NCBI GenBank assembly: GCA_021296325.1 | Contig: JAGWAR010000003.1 | Span: 5,796-69,795, forward strand | Length of the DNA stretch: 64,000 bases | Direction of reading: 5' to 3' | Source of the DNA: Alphaproteobacteria bacterium | GTDB lineage: Bacteria > Pseudomonadota > Alphaproteobacteria > GCA-2746255 | In this document: positions 26,316-40,900 of the stretch, in pieces | How positions within the stretch are numbered: position 1 is the first letter of the stretch | How the letters are laid out: each line of letters starts with the position of its first letter | Notes under the pieces: generated by a model | Databases searched by the model: none | The model's input: the letters and a program-made list of their open reading frames with translations, nothing else | What the model was told of the DNA's origin: nothing | Translations under genes and position numbers: made by a program

Positions 26316-27062
26316 CTAGCTCCCGAGTTTCCGTAGCGTATTCCGCAATTCTTCGAGTTCGCCGAGGACGGCACGAAGTTCCTCGCGTTGCATCGAATTG
26401 GCCCCCGCACGAACGGTCGGCGGCGCGATGTCGCCGGAACGTTTTGCATCTTTCGGGCCGCCATTACGCAACAGTTTCTGCACGCCCATGATCGTATAGC
26501 CCTCCTCGTAAAGGAGGGAACGAATGCGGCGCAGCAGTTCGATGTCTTCCGGTCGATAGTAGCGCCGGCCGCCGCCGCGCTTCAGCGGACTGACCTGTGA
26601 ATACTTGCCTTCCCAGAAACGAAGGACGTGTTGAGGAACGTTCAGTTCGGAAGCAACTTCACTGATCGTGCGGAATGCCGATGCCGACTTGCTGCCTCGA
26701 CGCAAGGGCATAGGATTCAGCGATTCAACCATGAAAACGCCCCTCGAACCTAAACGCTGGAGCCCGGAAAGAGCCTTATTTATCCGATTCTTAAGGACCT
26801 GCGAGGCCCGGAAGACGAGGACCCGGCGCGGCAGAATCGGCACCTCTTCGCCGGTCTTCGGATTGCGCCCGATGCGCTGGCCTTTCTGGCGAACGGAAAA
26901 ACTTCCGAAGGATGAAACTTTGACGGCCTCACCCCGGACAAGCGCGTCCGAAACCAATTTCAATACCGATTCGACAAGTTCCGCCGACTCGTTCCGAGAA
27001 AGACCGATTTCCTGATACACCGCTTCCGTTAAGTGCGCGCGCGTAACTGTGCTTTCGCTCAT
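26316..27062 (-). CDS. ihfA: Integration host factor alpha fused in-frame to a MerR-family HTH regulator (248 aa single frame, no intervening stop)
   Basis: N-terminal 100 aa is IHF-alpha (..[34 protein letters not shown]). It continues without a stop into ..[44 protein letters not shown].. (MerR HTH) and a C-terminal helical region. The junction was translated codon by codon with no TAA/TAG/TGA. Confidence 0.7.
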   Translation of the reverse strand: MSESTVTRAHLTEAVYQEIGLSRNESAELVESVLKLVSDALVRGEAVKVSSFGSFSVRQKGQRIGRNPKTGEEVPILPRRVLVFRASQVLKNRINKALSGLQRLGSRGVFMVESLNPMPLRRGSKSASAFRTISEVASELNVPQHVLRFWEGKYSQVSPLKRGGGRRYYRPEDIELLRRIRSLLYEEGYTIMGVQKLLRNGGPKDAKRSGDIAPPTVRAGANSMQREELRAVLGELEELRNTLRKLGS

Positions 27063-27152
27063 GAGCCGGTTCCCTGATTTCGCCGGAAACCCTACCCCGG
27101 ACGAAAAAGTCAGTCAACACGGCCGGGCGGGATTTTATAGGAAATTCACGGC

Positions 27153-28127
27153 CTACCAGCGAATCAGCGCCGCACCCCACGTGAATCCGCCACCCATCGC
27201 TTCGAGCAATAAAAGATGTCCGGGTTGGATTCGTCCATCTTCGGCGGCTTCCGCCAGCGCAAGCGGAATGGACGCCGCCGAGGTGTTCGCGTGTTTCTCG
27301 ACCGTGACGACGACCCGTTCGATCGGCAGATCGAGTTTCTTGGCCGTGCTGGTGAGGATGCGTTTGTTCGCCTGATGGGGAACGATCCAGTCGATGTCAT
27401 CGGGCTTCAGTCCGTTTGCGCCAAGCGCTTCGTGCACGACGTCGGCAAGGTTGACGACAGCGTGGCGAAAGACCTCGCGCCCGGACATGCGGAGGTGACC
27501 GACCGTCTGGGTAGCCGAAGGCCCCCCATCCACGTAAAGGAGGTCCCGGTAGCGGCCGTCGGAATGGAGGTGGGTCGAAATTATGCCCGGTTTTTCAGGG
27601 CCTGGCGCACCTTCCCCGGCCTGCAGCACGACGGCGCCGGCGCCATCACCAAACAGGACGCAGGTCCGCCGGTCCGACCAGTCCAGGATCCGCGAGAAGG
27701 TCTCGGCCCCGATGACCAGCGCCGCCTTCGCCTGGCCAGCCCGAATGAAATTATCGGCAGTGGCCAATGCAAAAATGAAACCGGAGCACACGGCCTGCAC
27801 ATCGAAGGCGGCGCCCCATGTCATGCCGAGACGTTCCTGCACCTGGGTCGCCGTCGAGGGAAAGGTAAAATCCGGCGTTGCCGTCGCCAGCACGATCAGG
27901 TCGATGTCCTTGATGTCCACACCGGCGTTGCGAAGCGCCGCCGTTGCCGCATGGGTGGCGAGATCGGCGGTGGTTTCGCCCTCAGCCGCGATGTGACGGT
28001 GTTCGATGCCGGTGCGCGCGACAATCCACTCGTCCGAGGTGTCGAGGGTCTTGGCCAGGTCCGAATTGGTGAGCACGCGTTCGGGGAGATAGGCCCCGCA
28101 CCCCATGATTCGTGAATGCCGGGTCAT
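27153..28127 (-). CDS. fabH: 3-oxoacyl-ACP synthase III
   Basis: 324 aa; catalytic Cys in ..[12 protein letters not shown].., conserved HQAN and C-terminal [13 protein letters not shown]. Confidence 0.9.
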   Translation of the reverse strand: MTRHSRIMGCGAYLPERVLTNSDLAKTLDTSDEWIVARTGIEHRHIAAEGETTADLATHAATAALRNAGVDIKDIDLIVLATATPDFTFPSTATQVQERLGMTWGAAFDVQAVCSGFIFALATADNFIRAGQAKAALVIGAETFSRILDWSDRRTCVLFGDGAGAVVLQAGEGAPGPEKPGIISTHLHSDGRYRDLLYVDGGPSATQTVGHLRMSGREVFRHAVVNLADVVHEALGANGLKPDDIDWIVPHQANKRILTSTAKKLDLPIERVVVTVEKHANTSAASIPLALAEAAEDGRIQPGHLLLLEAMGGGFTWGAALIRW

Positions 28128-29176
28128 GCGGGAGCCGCCGCTTTCGGCCGTGACATGTTGCCGGCGTCCAGGCTTCCGAAGTCACGGATGATCTTGTCGT
28201 TGAACCCGAAGGTCACCATGTCGATGGCGACCCCGATGGCGTTGGCGAAGCCCAAGGCGTCCGTGCCCCCGTGCGACTTCACCACGACACCGTTCAGGCC
28301 CAGCATCATGGCGCCGTTGTAGCGCCGGGGGTCGACCCGCTGGCGCACCTTGCGCAGGGTGGGCCGGGCCAGAAGGTAGCTAAGCCGCGAAAGCAGCGAG
28401 CTGCGGAAGGCCTCCGCCAGCACCTGCGTATAGAATTTCGAGACCCCTTCGGTAGCCTTGAGGGCCACGTTCCCCGTGAAGCCATCCGTCACGGCCACGT
28501 CCACCGCCCCCTCGAGGATGTCGTTCCCTTCGATGAAACCACAGAATTTTATCGGCAGGCCGCCTTCTCTCAGAATCGACGCCGCTTCGCGCAGGTCTTC
28601 GTGGCCCTTGAGTTCTTCCTCGCCGACGTTGAGCAGGCCGACAACGGGTTCCGGCAACCCAAGCACCGTCTTGGCAAATATGTTTCCCATGACGGCAAAC
28701 TGAACGAGGTGGCTGGCGTTGCATTCGAGGTTCGCTCCGAGGTCCAGCATGACGACGTCGCCCCGCATGCTGGGAAGGAAGGTCGCGATGGCCGGCCGGT
28801 CGATTCCGGTAAGGGTCTTGAGAACGAATTTCGCCATGGCCATCAGCGCGCCGGTATTGCCGGCCGAGACGATCCCCGCCGCCTCGCCTTCCTGGACGGC
28901 GTTGATAGCAAGGCGCATGCTGGATTGGCGAGCGTTACGTAACGCCATGGACGGTTTCATGTCGTTCGTCACGACCTCGCTGGTGTGACGAATCTCGGTA
29001 TGTTCGAGAAGCTGCGGATCCTTGGCGACAAGCGGGCGTAGCTGCTTTTCGTCGCCAAACAGGATGAAACGGACGTTCGGGGAACGCTGGCGAACCAGGC
29101 TGGCGCCTTCGACGACGATGCCCGGAGCGCGATCTCCACCCATCGCGTCAAGCGCGATCGTCAGTGCCGTATCCAC
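28124..29176 (-). CDS. plsX: Phosphate acyltransferase PlsX
   Basis: 350 aa; ..[12 protein letters not shown].. N-terminus. It overlaps the fabH start by 4 nt. Confidence 0.9.
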   Translation of the reverse strand: MDTALTIALDAMGGDRAPGIVVEGASLVRQRSPNVRFILFGDEKQLRPLVAKDPQLLEHTEIRHTSEVVTNDMKPSMALRNARQSSMRLAINAVQEGEAAGIVSAGNTGALMAMAKFVLKTLTGIDRPAIATFLPSMRGDVVMLDLGANLECNASHLVQFAVMGNIFAKTVLGLPEPVVGLLNVGEEELKGHEDLREAASILREGGLPIKFCGFIEGNDILEGAVDVAVTDGFTGNVALKATEGVSKFYTQVLAEAFRSSLLSRLSYLLARPTLRKVRQRVDPRRYNGAMMLGLNGVVVKSHGGTDALGFANAIGVAIDMVTFGFNDKIIRDFGSLDAGNMSRPKAAAPA

Positions 29177-29209
29177 GCACCTACCCCCCCGGCCGACCCG
29201 ACAAGGAGG

Positions 29210-29395
29210 TCAGACCGACTCCTGGCTTTCCACGACGTCACGGCCCCGATACTGGCCGCATGCTGGACAAACGTGATGCGGGCGTTTCAGTTCGCCGCAA
29301 TTCGGGCATTCCGCATAGCCCTCTGGCTTCAGGGCCTGATGCGCGCGCCGCATACCCCTTCGCGATTGCGATATCTTTTTCTTGGGAACCGCCAT
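29210..29395 (-). CDS. rpmF: 50S ribosomal protein L32
   Basis: [19 protein letters not shown]...[25 protein letters not shown]. Confidence 0.9.
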   Translation of the reverse strand: MAVPKKKISQSRRGMRRAHQALKPEGYAECPNCGELKRPHHVCPACGQYRGRDVVESQESV

Positions 29396-29465
29396 TTTCG
29401 GTCCTTTCCTAACCCGGGCGTCTAATTAAACAAAAACGGGCCGTCGGGCAAGGTGTCGATAGGCC

Positions 29466-30014
29466 TTATTTCCCACTCTTGAGGGTAACCAGCTTGCGAA
29501 AAGGCGAATTTACCGCATCTTCGCCGGGCGCTTCCGGCGGCGCCTGACGGAAGACCGCTCCCGGCACGCGCGGATAGGGATCAAGCGCCAGAGCAAGCTG
29601 TTCAGCCACCACCTCGCCAAGATCGAGCGTTTTGCCAATCAGGGGCTCCGGCGGGTCTTCCTCATCGATCGTAATATAGACGGCCCCCTGATCCGCCTCG
29701 CCGGGCACCTCGGAGGAAAAACGAAGCGCGAAAGGCGCGTCGATGGCAGCGGCGACATCGGCCAGGGTGACGACGCAAACCTGCACGACGTCGGCCAGGA
29801 GGCGCCCATCCAGACGCAGCAGCCCCTTCTGGTCCGGCGTCAGCCGAAGCGTCGCCTGAAGACGGTCGAGGCACTTCAGATCGAACCGCCGGGCAAGGGC
29901 GGCGCGTTCCGAAGCGTCCGCCTCGATCGCAAACGCCGCCCCCTCCTCGGCCAGGCCTTCCGTCGAGACGGGCCGCGAGAACTCGATCCGGGCTGGCGTC
30001 GGCGTCGGTGTCAT
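29466..30014 (-). CDS. YceD/DUF177 family protein (large-subunit rRNA accumulation protein)
   Basis: 182 aa, acidic. Conserved position upstream of rpmF-plsX-fabH. Confidence 0.65.
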   Translation of the reverse strand: MTPTPTPARIEFSRPVSTEGLAEEGAAFAIEADASERAALARRFDLKCLDRLQATLRLTPDQKGLLRLDGRLLADVVQVCVVTLADVAAAIDAPFALRFSSEVPGEADQGAVYITIDEEDPPEPLIGKTLDLGEVVAEQLALALDPYPRVPGAVFRQAPPEAPGEDAVNSPFRKLVTLKSGK

Positions 30015-30571
30015 GAGGCCATTTCCTTCCGGTCTTCCCCGGCGCCGGGCGGCGGCCCGAAGGAAACCGTCCCCGACGCAATCGCCGTGGCGTCCTGTGC
30101 CTCCAGGGCAAGGGCTTCCCGGCGCAGATAGGCCGCCATGCGTTCGAGCCTGGCCGGACCGGCCTCGACCGTTCCGTATAAATTGCGCGCCAGCGCCGCC
30201 TCGAGGGCGCCGGCCTCGCCGGCAAGCCCTGTCTCATAGGCCGCCACGCGGCCATAGAAGGCGCTGACCATCTGCTTGACCCGCTTGCCGACGGAGAGGT
30301 CCCCCACCCCGATTTCGCGAAGATTTTCGTCCATGTCCATGAACATCGTGTCGAACAATGCCTGCGCCAGCGCTCCGGCATCCAGTTTCTTCAAGCGGTG
30401 AAGGACCAGAAAGGCGTGAAGGGCCACCATTTCGAAGCGTCCGTCGAGCGTATCCGGCACGCCACAAGCGGTATAGAACTCCGCCCGGCGGGCCTGCGCC
30501 ACGATTTGCGCATAAAGGGTGCGCGCCGGTTCATCCGCGACACCCGAATTCATCACCCTCGTAAAACGCAT
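30011..30571 (-). CDS. Ubiquinol-cytochrome c chaperone (Cbp3-like) family protein
   Basis: ..DGRFEMVALHAFLVLHRLKKL...LFDTMFMDMDENLREIGVGDLSVGKRVKQMVSAFYGR.. matches the Ubiq_cyt_C_chap pattern. Confidence 0.65.
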   Translation of the reverse strand: MRFTRVMNSGVADEPARTLYAQIVAQARRAEFYTACGVPDTLDGRFEMVALHAFLVLHRLKKLDAGALAQALFDTMFMDMDENLREIGVGDLSVGKRVKQMVSAFYGRVAAYETGLAGEAGALEAALARNLYGTVEAGPARLERMAAYLRREALALEAQDATAIASGTVSFGPPPGAGEDRKEMAS

Positions 30572-30722
30572 CCTGCACCCTCTTGAAAAGGATCAACGAG
30601 GCCGGGCCAAACGATTGACATTGTGAGGCTTCCGATGCTTTTCTCGGGCAATCGTGGTCGGTCTGGGATCGGCTCAATTATGCGGGATTGATCCAAGTCC
30701 TGCCAACAGCGAAATAGACGGA

Positions 30723-31166
30723 ATGAATCGCAACACACTCCGGCTTTGCGGAATTCTTGGCGCGCTGCTCATCGCATGGAGCGTGACCGCCTGCGCGTCG
30801 CGCATCTCCACGCGTGGAAACGTCCCGGATGCCGATGCGCTTTCCGAGATTCGGCTTGGCGTCCAGACCCGCGAGGACATCGCGGAACTGATCGGCAATC
30901 CTTCAACCGTCACGACGTTCGGCGACTACACCTGGTATTACATCAGCGAAACGGTCGAAATGTCGGCGTTGGGCGATCTTGAAGTGCTCGACCGGAAGAT
31001 CATCGCCATCGATTTCGATACCAGGGGGCTGGTTCAGAATGTCCGCCAATACGATTTGCGGTCCGGCCGGGTCGTCAAGATGGTGGAGCGCAAGACGCCG
31101 ACCCCCGGCAAGGAACCGTCGGCGAACGAGTCCATTCTCGGCGGCATCGGCACCCTTTCCGAGTAA
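30723..31166 (+). CDS. bamE: Outer-membrane protein assembly factor BamE (SmpA/OmlA)
   Basis: Lipoprotein signal ..LIAWSVTACASR, then ..GNVPDADALSEIRLGVQTREDIAELIGNPSTVTTFGDYTWYYISE.. Confidence 0.8.
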   Translation: MNRNTLRLCGILGALLIAWSVTACASRISTRGNVPDADALSEIRLGVQTREDIAELIGNPSTVTTFGDYTWYYISETVEMSALGDLEVLDRKIIAIDFDTRGLVQNVRQYDLRSGRVVKMVERKTPTPGKEPSANESILGGIGTLSE

Positions 31167-31232
31167 CGGTTTATCCTAAAAAAAAGCCCCGGAGGTTTCG
31201 CTCCGGGGCTTTTGCATTGAAAAAGGATTGCC

Positions 31233-33312
<2,080 letters not shown>

Positions 33313-33471
33313 CGTTTTCCCCTTGGGTCGTCGTTCTGGGCCGGGCCGATCGGCGCGGCGGAAACACTGCGGGTAGCCAAAAATCGCGCGGAAAATGACA
33401 GAATCAGAGGACCGGTGCAACCCACCTGTCTGCCCTTGACCTTAACCGGGCGAACCCCCACCATGTTCTCA

Positions 33472-35504
<2,033 letters not shown>

Positions 35505-35515
35505 GGTTTGGACTT

Positions 35516-35968
35516 CTATAGAATTTTTCGCTCGAGCGTGTTCTCGATCAGGATGGAATCGACCATTCCATCGCCAAGCAGGCTGTTGCTGATCCGCAAG
35601 AGCTTTTCCTTGAGCTTTATGATTTCCTTGATGCCGTCCGGATCGCGCCGCCGAGACATATGCTTGTGAAGCTCGCGCAGGATGGCGTCCTTCACGCGCG
35701 GCATGACTTTTTCGATTTCTGCCTTTTTTTCATTCCCTGTCACTTCGAGCGAAACCGCAAGGGCCATGTGCCGTGTCACTTGGTTGCCGCGAATTACCGG
35801 CACGATGAAGTTGCCGACCTGGACGAAATAAGTTTTGGGTGGGGCCGGCTCGGTTTCGACGGACGCCTTTTCCTCGGCGGCGGCGACCGGAAACACACCG
35901 GCTGCGAAAAGAACCAGCGCCAACCCAATGACGGCCAAGCCTGTTGCGATGGCCCGAATACACTTCAT
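35516..35968 (-). CDS. FliL-family (flagellar basal-body-associated) protein, orphan
   Basis: N-terminal TM helix, then ..YFVQVGNFIVPVIRGNQVTRHMALAVSLEV...VMPRVKDAILRELH.. typical of the FliL fold. No other flagellar genes nearby. Confidence 0.6.
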   Translation of the reverse strand: MKCIRAIATGLAVIGLALVLFAAGVFPVAAAEEKASVETEPAPPKTYFVQVGNFIVPVIRGNQVTRHMALAVSLEVTGNEKKAEIEKVMPRVKDAILRELHKHMSRRRDPDGIKEIIKLKEKLLRISNSLLGDGMVDSILIENTLERKIL

Positions 35969-36064
35969 CCTGCGTTCCGCTTTTTCCCGTTCAAGCGCAT
36001 GAACGGAAGGAAGCGTACGTGCATTTGGTAAATTTTCGTTAAACCCCCGGCCGGCGGAGCCGCT

Positions 36065-37054
36065 TTAGAAGTGGCGGTAGCCTTGGCGTCCAAGAGAAAT
36101 TGGAGCGCCTTGCGGGTCGAGAAGCTGGACACCCGCGCCTTTCCCGGTGTCGCCGATGCGGGTCACTCGCAGGCCGTGACGGCCGGCCAGCGACTGGATC
36201 TGTGTTTCCTTCGCCGCGTCCGCCGTAAAGAGAAGTTCGTAATCGTCCCCGCCCGCAAGGATGGTGGCGAGCAGGTCGCGGTCCCCGCCAAGGGCCGCCT
36301 CGGCCGCCTCGGAAAGCGGCACGCGGGCGGCTTCCACCGTGGCGCGGCACCCGGATTGTTCGGCCAGATGGCCAAGGTCGGCCACGAGGCCGTCCGAAAC
36401 GTCGATCGCGGCGGATGCCAGCCCGACCAATCCCTCGCCGAACCCGGTGCGCGGTTCCGGCAGGCGGTAGCGCCCGACGAGATGCGCGCGGGCCGCCTCG
36501 GCAAGGCCGGCGCACCCGCCGTTCAGCACGGCAAGTCCCAGTGCCCCGTCGCCGATTGTGCCGGTGACATAGACGGCATCGCCCTTCCCGGCGCCGGAGC
36601 GGGCGAGCGCCTTGCCCGAAGGCACCTGGCCTAGGGCCGTCAGACTCAACGTCGTCGGGCCAGAGGTCGCCACCGTGTCGCCGCCGGCAAGCGTGATGTC
36701 ATAGGTTTTCTGATCTTCGGCCAGGCCACTTGTGAAATCCGCCACCCAGGCTTCTTCTGTTTTTTCCGACAACGCCAGGGTCAGGAAATAAAGGTGCGGC
36801 CTTGCCCCCATCGCCGCCAGGTCGGAAAGGCTGACGCGCAAAAGTTTTTTGCCAATGGACGCGGGCGGGTCGTCACCAAGGAAGTGAACGCCTTCCACCA
36901 GGGCGTCCACCGTCGCCACGCTGTCGAAACCGGATGCGGGGGGAATGACCGCCGCATCGTCACCAAGCCCACGCGCGCCTTCGAAGCCTTCCGCCAGGGG
37001 CGCAAGGTAACGGGCGATGAGTTCGAATTCACTCGGAAGACGCCGGCGGTTCAT
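36065..37054 (-). CDS. thiL: Thiamine-monophosphate kinase
   Basis: ..EFELIARYLAPLA..GDDAAVI.. and ..GGDDYELLFT... Start set at MNRRRLPSEFELI. Confidence 0.85.
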   Translation of the reverse strand: MNRRRLPSEFELIARYLAPLAEGFEGARGLGDDAAVIPPASGFDSVATVDALVEGVHFLGDDPPASIGKKLLRVSLSDLAAMGARPHLYFLTLALSEKTEEAWVADFTSGLAEDQKTYDITLAGGDTVATSGPTTLSLTALGQVPSGKALARSGAGKGDAVYVTGTIGDGALGLAVLNGGCAGLAEAARAHLVGRYRLPEPRTGFGEGLVGLASAAIDVSDGLVADLGHLAEQSGCRATVEAARVPLSEAAEAALGGDRDLLATILAGGDDYELLFTADAAKETQIQSLAGRHGLRVTRIGDTGKGAGVQLLDPQGAPISLGRQGYRHF

Positions 37055-37571
37055 GATCTGCCTTCTGCATTTCCGGTGCGCGAAGCTCATGGGCAAGCCG
37101 GTCGAGAACCCCGTTCACGAAGCCGGGCTCGCTTCCCTCGAAGAAGGCGTGGGTAAGATCCACATATTCGTTGATGACGACCTTGGCCGGAACGTCCATG
37201 CCCGCCATGAGTTCGAAGGTAGCGGATCGTAGGATCGCCCGTAAAACCGAGCCCAGCCTTTCCATGCTCCAGTCCTTGGCGAGAACGGTGGCGATCCTGG
37301 CGTCGAGTTCCTGCCGCCGCGCCTCGACACCACTGACGATGGCCTCGAATTTCTTGAAGTCGGTTTTCGCCGGCGATTCCTCCAACACGCCTCCCTGGCG
37401 ATGGGCGCGAAATTCACTCAACACCGTTTCCGCCGCCGTGTCCGTAAACTCGATCTGATAGAGCGCCTGAACAGCCGCCAAGCGGGCGGCACTTCGCCGC
37501 ATGGCGCGATGCTCGGCGCCCTCGGGTGCCGCCTCGTCTTCCTTGCCGGTCCCCTGGATGGAAGACGTCAT
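37029..37571 (-). CDS. nusB: Transcription antitermination factor NusB
   Basis: ..RRSAARLAAVQALYQIEF..KDWSMERLGSVLRAILRSATFEL.. Start placed at MTSSIQ.. where the ATG overlaps the ribH stop; the track ORF's further N-terminal extension is spurious. Confidence 0.8.
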   Translation of the reverse strand: MTSSIQGTGKEDEAAPEGAEHRAMRRSAARLAAVQALYQIEFTDTAAETVLSEFRAHRQGGVLEESPAKTDFKKFEAIVSGVEARRQELDARIATVLAKDWSMERLGSVLRAILRSATFELMAGMDVPAKVVINEYVDLTHAFFEGSEPGFVNGVLDRLAHELRAPEMQKADHEPPASSE

Positions 37572-38035
37572 CGCGGGTAAAGACGGAAGTGTCGCTTGAC
37601 CTCGATCATGCGAAGGCAGGCGCGAGCGGCATCCGCTCCCTTGTTCTTTTTGTCCGTCGCGGCGCGTTTCCACGCCTGATCCAGATTCTCCACGGTGAGA
37701 ATCCCGTAACCCAGCGCCAGGGAATATTCCCTGGCCAGGGCCTGAAGCGCGCGGGCGCTTTCCCGGCAGACGTAATCGTAATGCGAAGTTTCGCCCCGAA
37801 TAACGCAACCAAGCGCAAGGTAGCCGTCGAAGCGTTTCTCGCCGGCATAGAATTCGCGCGAACGCAACGCCATGCTGATCGCCGTCGGAATCTCGAACGC
37901 GCCGGGAACGGGAATGCGCTCGTGCGTTGCGCCCGCCGCCTCCAGAACCGCGACGGCGCCGCGCACGAGTTCGTCCGCAACGTCCTCGTAAAAACGGGCC
38001 TCAGCAATCATGATGTGAAGCGGTTCGTCGCCCAT
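37568..38035 (-). CDS. ribH: 6,7-dimethyl-8-ribityllumazine synthase
   Basis: ..IAEARFYEDVADELVRGAVAVLEAAGATHERIPVPGAFEIPTA.. Confidence 0.9.
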   Translation of the reverse strand: MGDEPLHIMIAEARFYEDVADELVRGAVAVLEAAGATHERIPVPGAFEIPTAISMALRSREFYAGEKRFDGYLALGCVIRGETSHYDYVCRESARALQALAREYSLALGYGILTVENLDQAWKRAATDKKNKGADAARACLRMIEVKRHFRLYPR

Positions 38036-38037
38036 CC

Positions 38038-39186
38038 TCAGCCTGCCTCGTCATCCGACGGTATCGGTTCCTGTCCAACGACGCGAAGACCGTACCCATC
38101 GAGACCGATGATCGTATGTTGGGTATTCGAAAGCAGAACCATATCCCGAACGCCGAGGTCGAGCAAAATTTGCGCTCCGATTCCGTAGTCACGGAGCTCT
38201 CCCGGCGCTTTTGTGGCCTTTGGTTTCGATGCCTTGCCTTCGGCTTTTTCCTGACGCGCCTTGACGCGCAGGGAAAGGTTCGAGGGCGTTGCCTCGCGGA
38301 TAAGGACGGCAATGCCGCGTTCGCGCGAGCCAATCAGGCGAAGGGCTGCCTGGAATTCACCGCCCCGGCCTTCGCTGTTTTCACCGAGGATATCGGTAAA
38401 AACGTTGAGCGCGTGCATGCGAACCGGCACCGGCCCCGGTTTCGACGGATCCCCCTTGACCAGGGCGACGTGCTCGACGCCGCTCACCCGGTTTTGATAG
38501 ACAATCATCCGGAATTTTCCGCCATGGCGGCTTACGATTTCCGTCTCCGCCGCACGTTCGACGAGGACTTCGTTGCGGCGGCGGTAGGCGATGAGGTCGG
38601 CGATCGTGCCAATCTTGAGGTCGTGGGCCTCGGCAAAGGCCATGAGATCGGGCAAGCGCGCCATCGTGCCGTCGTCGTTCATGATTTCGCAGATGACGCC
38701 GGACGGGTTGAGGCCGGCGAGCCTGGCAATGTCGATGGCCGCTTCCGTGTGGCCGGCGCGAGTCAACACGCCGCCTTCCCGGCCCACGAGCGGAAACACA
38801 TGCCCCGGTGAAACGATGTCGTGGGCGTCTTTCGAAGGATCGATGGCGACGGCAATCGTGCGCGCCCGGTCGGCCGCCGAAATGCCGGTCGTGACGCCCT
38901 CGCGCGCCTCGATGGAAACGGTAAAGGCGGTCTGCAGACGGGACTGGTTGTGACTGCCCATCAGGGAGAGGTTGAGCGTGCGCACCCGTTCCGACGCGAG
39001 CGCCAGACAGACCAAACCGCGGCCGTGCTTTGCCATGAAGTTGACGGTTTCCGGCGTCGCCTTTTCGGCGGCGATGATGAGATCCCCTTCGTTTTCCCGG
39101 TCTTCGTCATCGACGAGAATGAACATGCGACCCTTGCGGGCCTCATCGATGATTTCTTCGATTGAGGAAAGCGCGAAGCGCGACAC
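38038..39186 (-). CDS. ribBA: Bifunctional 3,4-dihydroxy-2-butanone-4-phosphate synthase / GTP cyclohydrolase II
   Basis: ..VDDEDRENEGDLIIAAE.. (DHBP synthase) and the C-terminal GTP cyclohydrolase II half. Confidence 0.9.
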   Translation of the reverse strand: MSRFALSSIEEIIDEARKGRMFILVDDEDRENEGDLIIAAEKATPETVNFMAKHGRGLVCLALASERVRTLNLSLMGSHNQSRLQTAFTVSIEAREGVTTGISAADRARTIAVAIDPSKDAHDIVSPGHVFPLVGREGGVLTRAGHTEAAIDIARLAGLNPSGVICEIMNDDGTMARLPDLMAFAEAHDLKIGTIADLIAYRRRNEVLVERAAETEIVSRHGGKFRMIVYQNRVSGVEHVALVKGDPSKPGPVPVRMHALNVFTDILGENSEGRGGEFQAALRLIGSRERGIAVLIREATPSNLSLRVKARQEKAEGKASKPKATKAPGELRDYGIGAQILLDLGVRDMVLLSNTQHTIIGLDGYGLRVVGQEPIPSDDEAG

Positions 39187-39189
39187 GGT

Positions 39190-39777
39190 CTATTCCTTCT
39201 CCATAAGGCGGGCGAGGTAGCGTGCAAGCAGGTCCACTTCTACGTTTACCCGCGTGCCTTCCTTCGCGTGGCCGAACGTCGTCATCTGGCGGGTATGCGG
39301 AATGATGTTGACGCCGAAGGCAGCACCTTCGGCCTCGTTCACCGTCAACGAAACCCCGTCCAGCGTAACCGAGCCCTTCGGCGCCAGGAAAGACCCCAAG
39401 GCGGCCGGTCCCCGGAACCGGAGCCGGAGGCTTTCCCCTTCCGGTTCCACTTTTTCCACGACGGCGATGCCGTCGACATGGCCGCTGACCAGATGGCCGC
39501 CAAGCTCATCGCCAAGGCACAAGGCGCGCTCCAGATTGACGGCGGTGCCTTTCTTCCAATCGCCAAGCGTTGTACGCGCCAGGGTCTCGGCCGAGGCCTG
39601 TACCGCGAACCAGTCCTTGTCCTTGTCGATCACGCTCAGGCAAACGCCGGCGCAGGCGATCGACGCTCCGATGGCGAGGCCGGAGAGGTCGAGCCCGGTT
39701 TCGATCTCGATCCGGGTGTCGCCGCCCGGTGCGATGGCGCGAACGCGCCCGATATCCGCAATGATGCCTGTGAACAT
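39190..39777 (-). CDS. ribE: Riboflavin synthase
   Basis: MFTGIIADIGRV.. with internal duplication (..GASIACAGVCLSV.. / ..GSVTLDGVSLTV..). Start at MFTGII; upstream in-frame extension ignored. Confidence 0.85.
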   Translation of the reverse strand: MFTGIIADIGRVRAIAPGGDTRIEIETGLDLSGLAIGASIACAGVCLSVIDKDKDWFAVQASAETLARTTLGDWKKGTAVNLERALCLGDELGGHLVSGHVDGIAVVEKVEPEGESLRLRFRGPAALGSFLAPKGSVTLDGVSLTVNEAEGAAFGVNIIPHTRQMTTFGHAKEGTRVNVEVDLLARYLARLMEKE

Positions 39778-39784
39778 ACCGGTC

Positions 39785-40900
39785 CTATTGCCGACGGACG
39801 TAGATTTCGAGCTGATCTCCGCCGACGGTCCGTGTTTCCCGTCGTACAAAGGTGGGCATATCGGCCAGACGGTCAACTCCAAAGGCCGTCGCCGCCGGTA
39901 TGCCGTCGCCGCCCATGACGGCAGGTGCGCGGAACCAGGCGATGCGGTCGATCAACCCGTGGGCAAAGAGGGCGGCGGCAAGATGGCCGCCCCCTTCCAG
40001 CAGCACCCGCGTCAGGCCGCGCCGGCCAAATTCCTGCATCATTTCCCCGATATCCGGATAGCCGTTCTTGTCGGGTGGCATTCCCAGCACCTCGACCCCG
40101 CAATCCTCGAACGCATGCAAGCGTTCGCCGTCCACGTCTTCCCGGGCAACCACCCAGGTTGGAATCTGGCCCGCCGTCGCCACCAGCTTGCTGGTAAGCG
40201 GCAGGCGCAGGCGGGAATCGACGACAATGCGCACCGGCTTGCGACTCTCGAACCCGTCAAGCCGGCAGGTCAACATCGGATTGTCGACACCGACCGTTCC
40301 GGCGCCGACCAGGATCGCGTCATGGGTGGCCCGAAAGTAGTGGGACAGCTGACGCGCCCGCTCGCCGGTGATCCATTCGCTTTCGCCTTCGCGGGTGGCG
40401 ATGCGGCCATCCAAGGTCGTCGCCGTCTTCAGGGTGACCAGCGGGCGGCCTTCGCGAATGCGCAGGAAAAACCCGGCATTGAGGTCGGCCGCCGCTTCGG
40501 CGGCAACGCCGAGGCCTAGCTTGACCCCGGCCCCGGCCAGCCGCGCGATGCCCTTGCCGGCGACGCGCGGGTCGGGGTCTTCAACGGCGACGACAGCCCG
40601 GCCGATGCCCGCTTCAATGAGGGCGTCCACGCAGGGCGGCGTCTTGCCTTCATGGGCGCACGGCTCGAGCGAAAGATAAGCCGTCGCCCCCCGCGCCGCC
40701 TCGCCCGCACGGGCGAGCGCTTCCGTCTCGGCGTGGGGACGGCCACCGGGCTGCGTCCAGCCGCGGCCTACGACCCGGCCCGCGCGGACCAGGACGCAAC
40801 CCACGGCGGGATTCGGCGCGACGTCGCCCAAGGCCCGCCGGGCCAAGCCCAACGCGGCCTGCATGTGATGAAGGTCGTGATCGTTATTCGTCGTCGGCAC
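39785..40900 (-). CDS. ribD: Bifunctional diaminohydroxyphosphoribosylaminopyrimidine deaminase / 5-amino-6-(5-phosphoribosylamino)uracil reductase
   Basis: Deaminase motif ..[18 protein letters not shown].. plus the reductase domain. Confidence 0.85.
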   Translation of the reverse strand: MPTTNNDHDLHHMQAALGLARRALGDVAPNPAVGCVLVRAGRVVGRGWTQPGGRPHAETEALARAGEAARGATAYLSLEPCAHEGKTPPCVDALIEAGIGRAVVAVEDPDPRVAGKGIARLAGAGVKLGLGVAAEAAADLNAGFFLRIREGRPLVTLKTATTLDGRIATREGESEWITGERARQLSHYFRATHDAILVGAGTVGVDNPMLTCRLDGFESRKPVRIVVDSRLRLPLTSKLVATAGQIPTWVVAREDVDGERLHAFEDCGVEVLGMPPDKNGYPDIGEMMQEFGRRGLTRVLLEGGGHLAAALFAHGLIDRIAWFRAPAVMGGDGIPAATAFGVDRLADMPTFVRRETRTVGGDQLEIYVRRQ

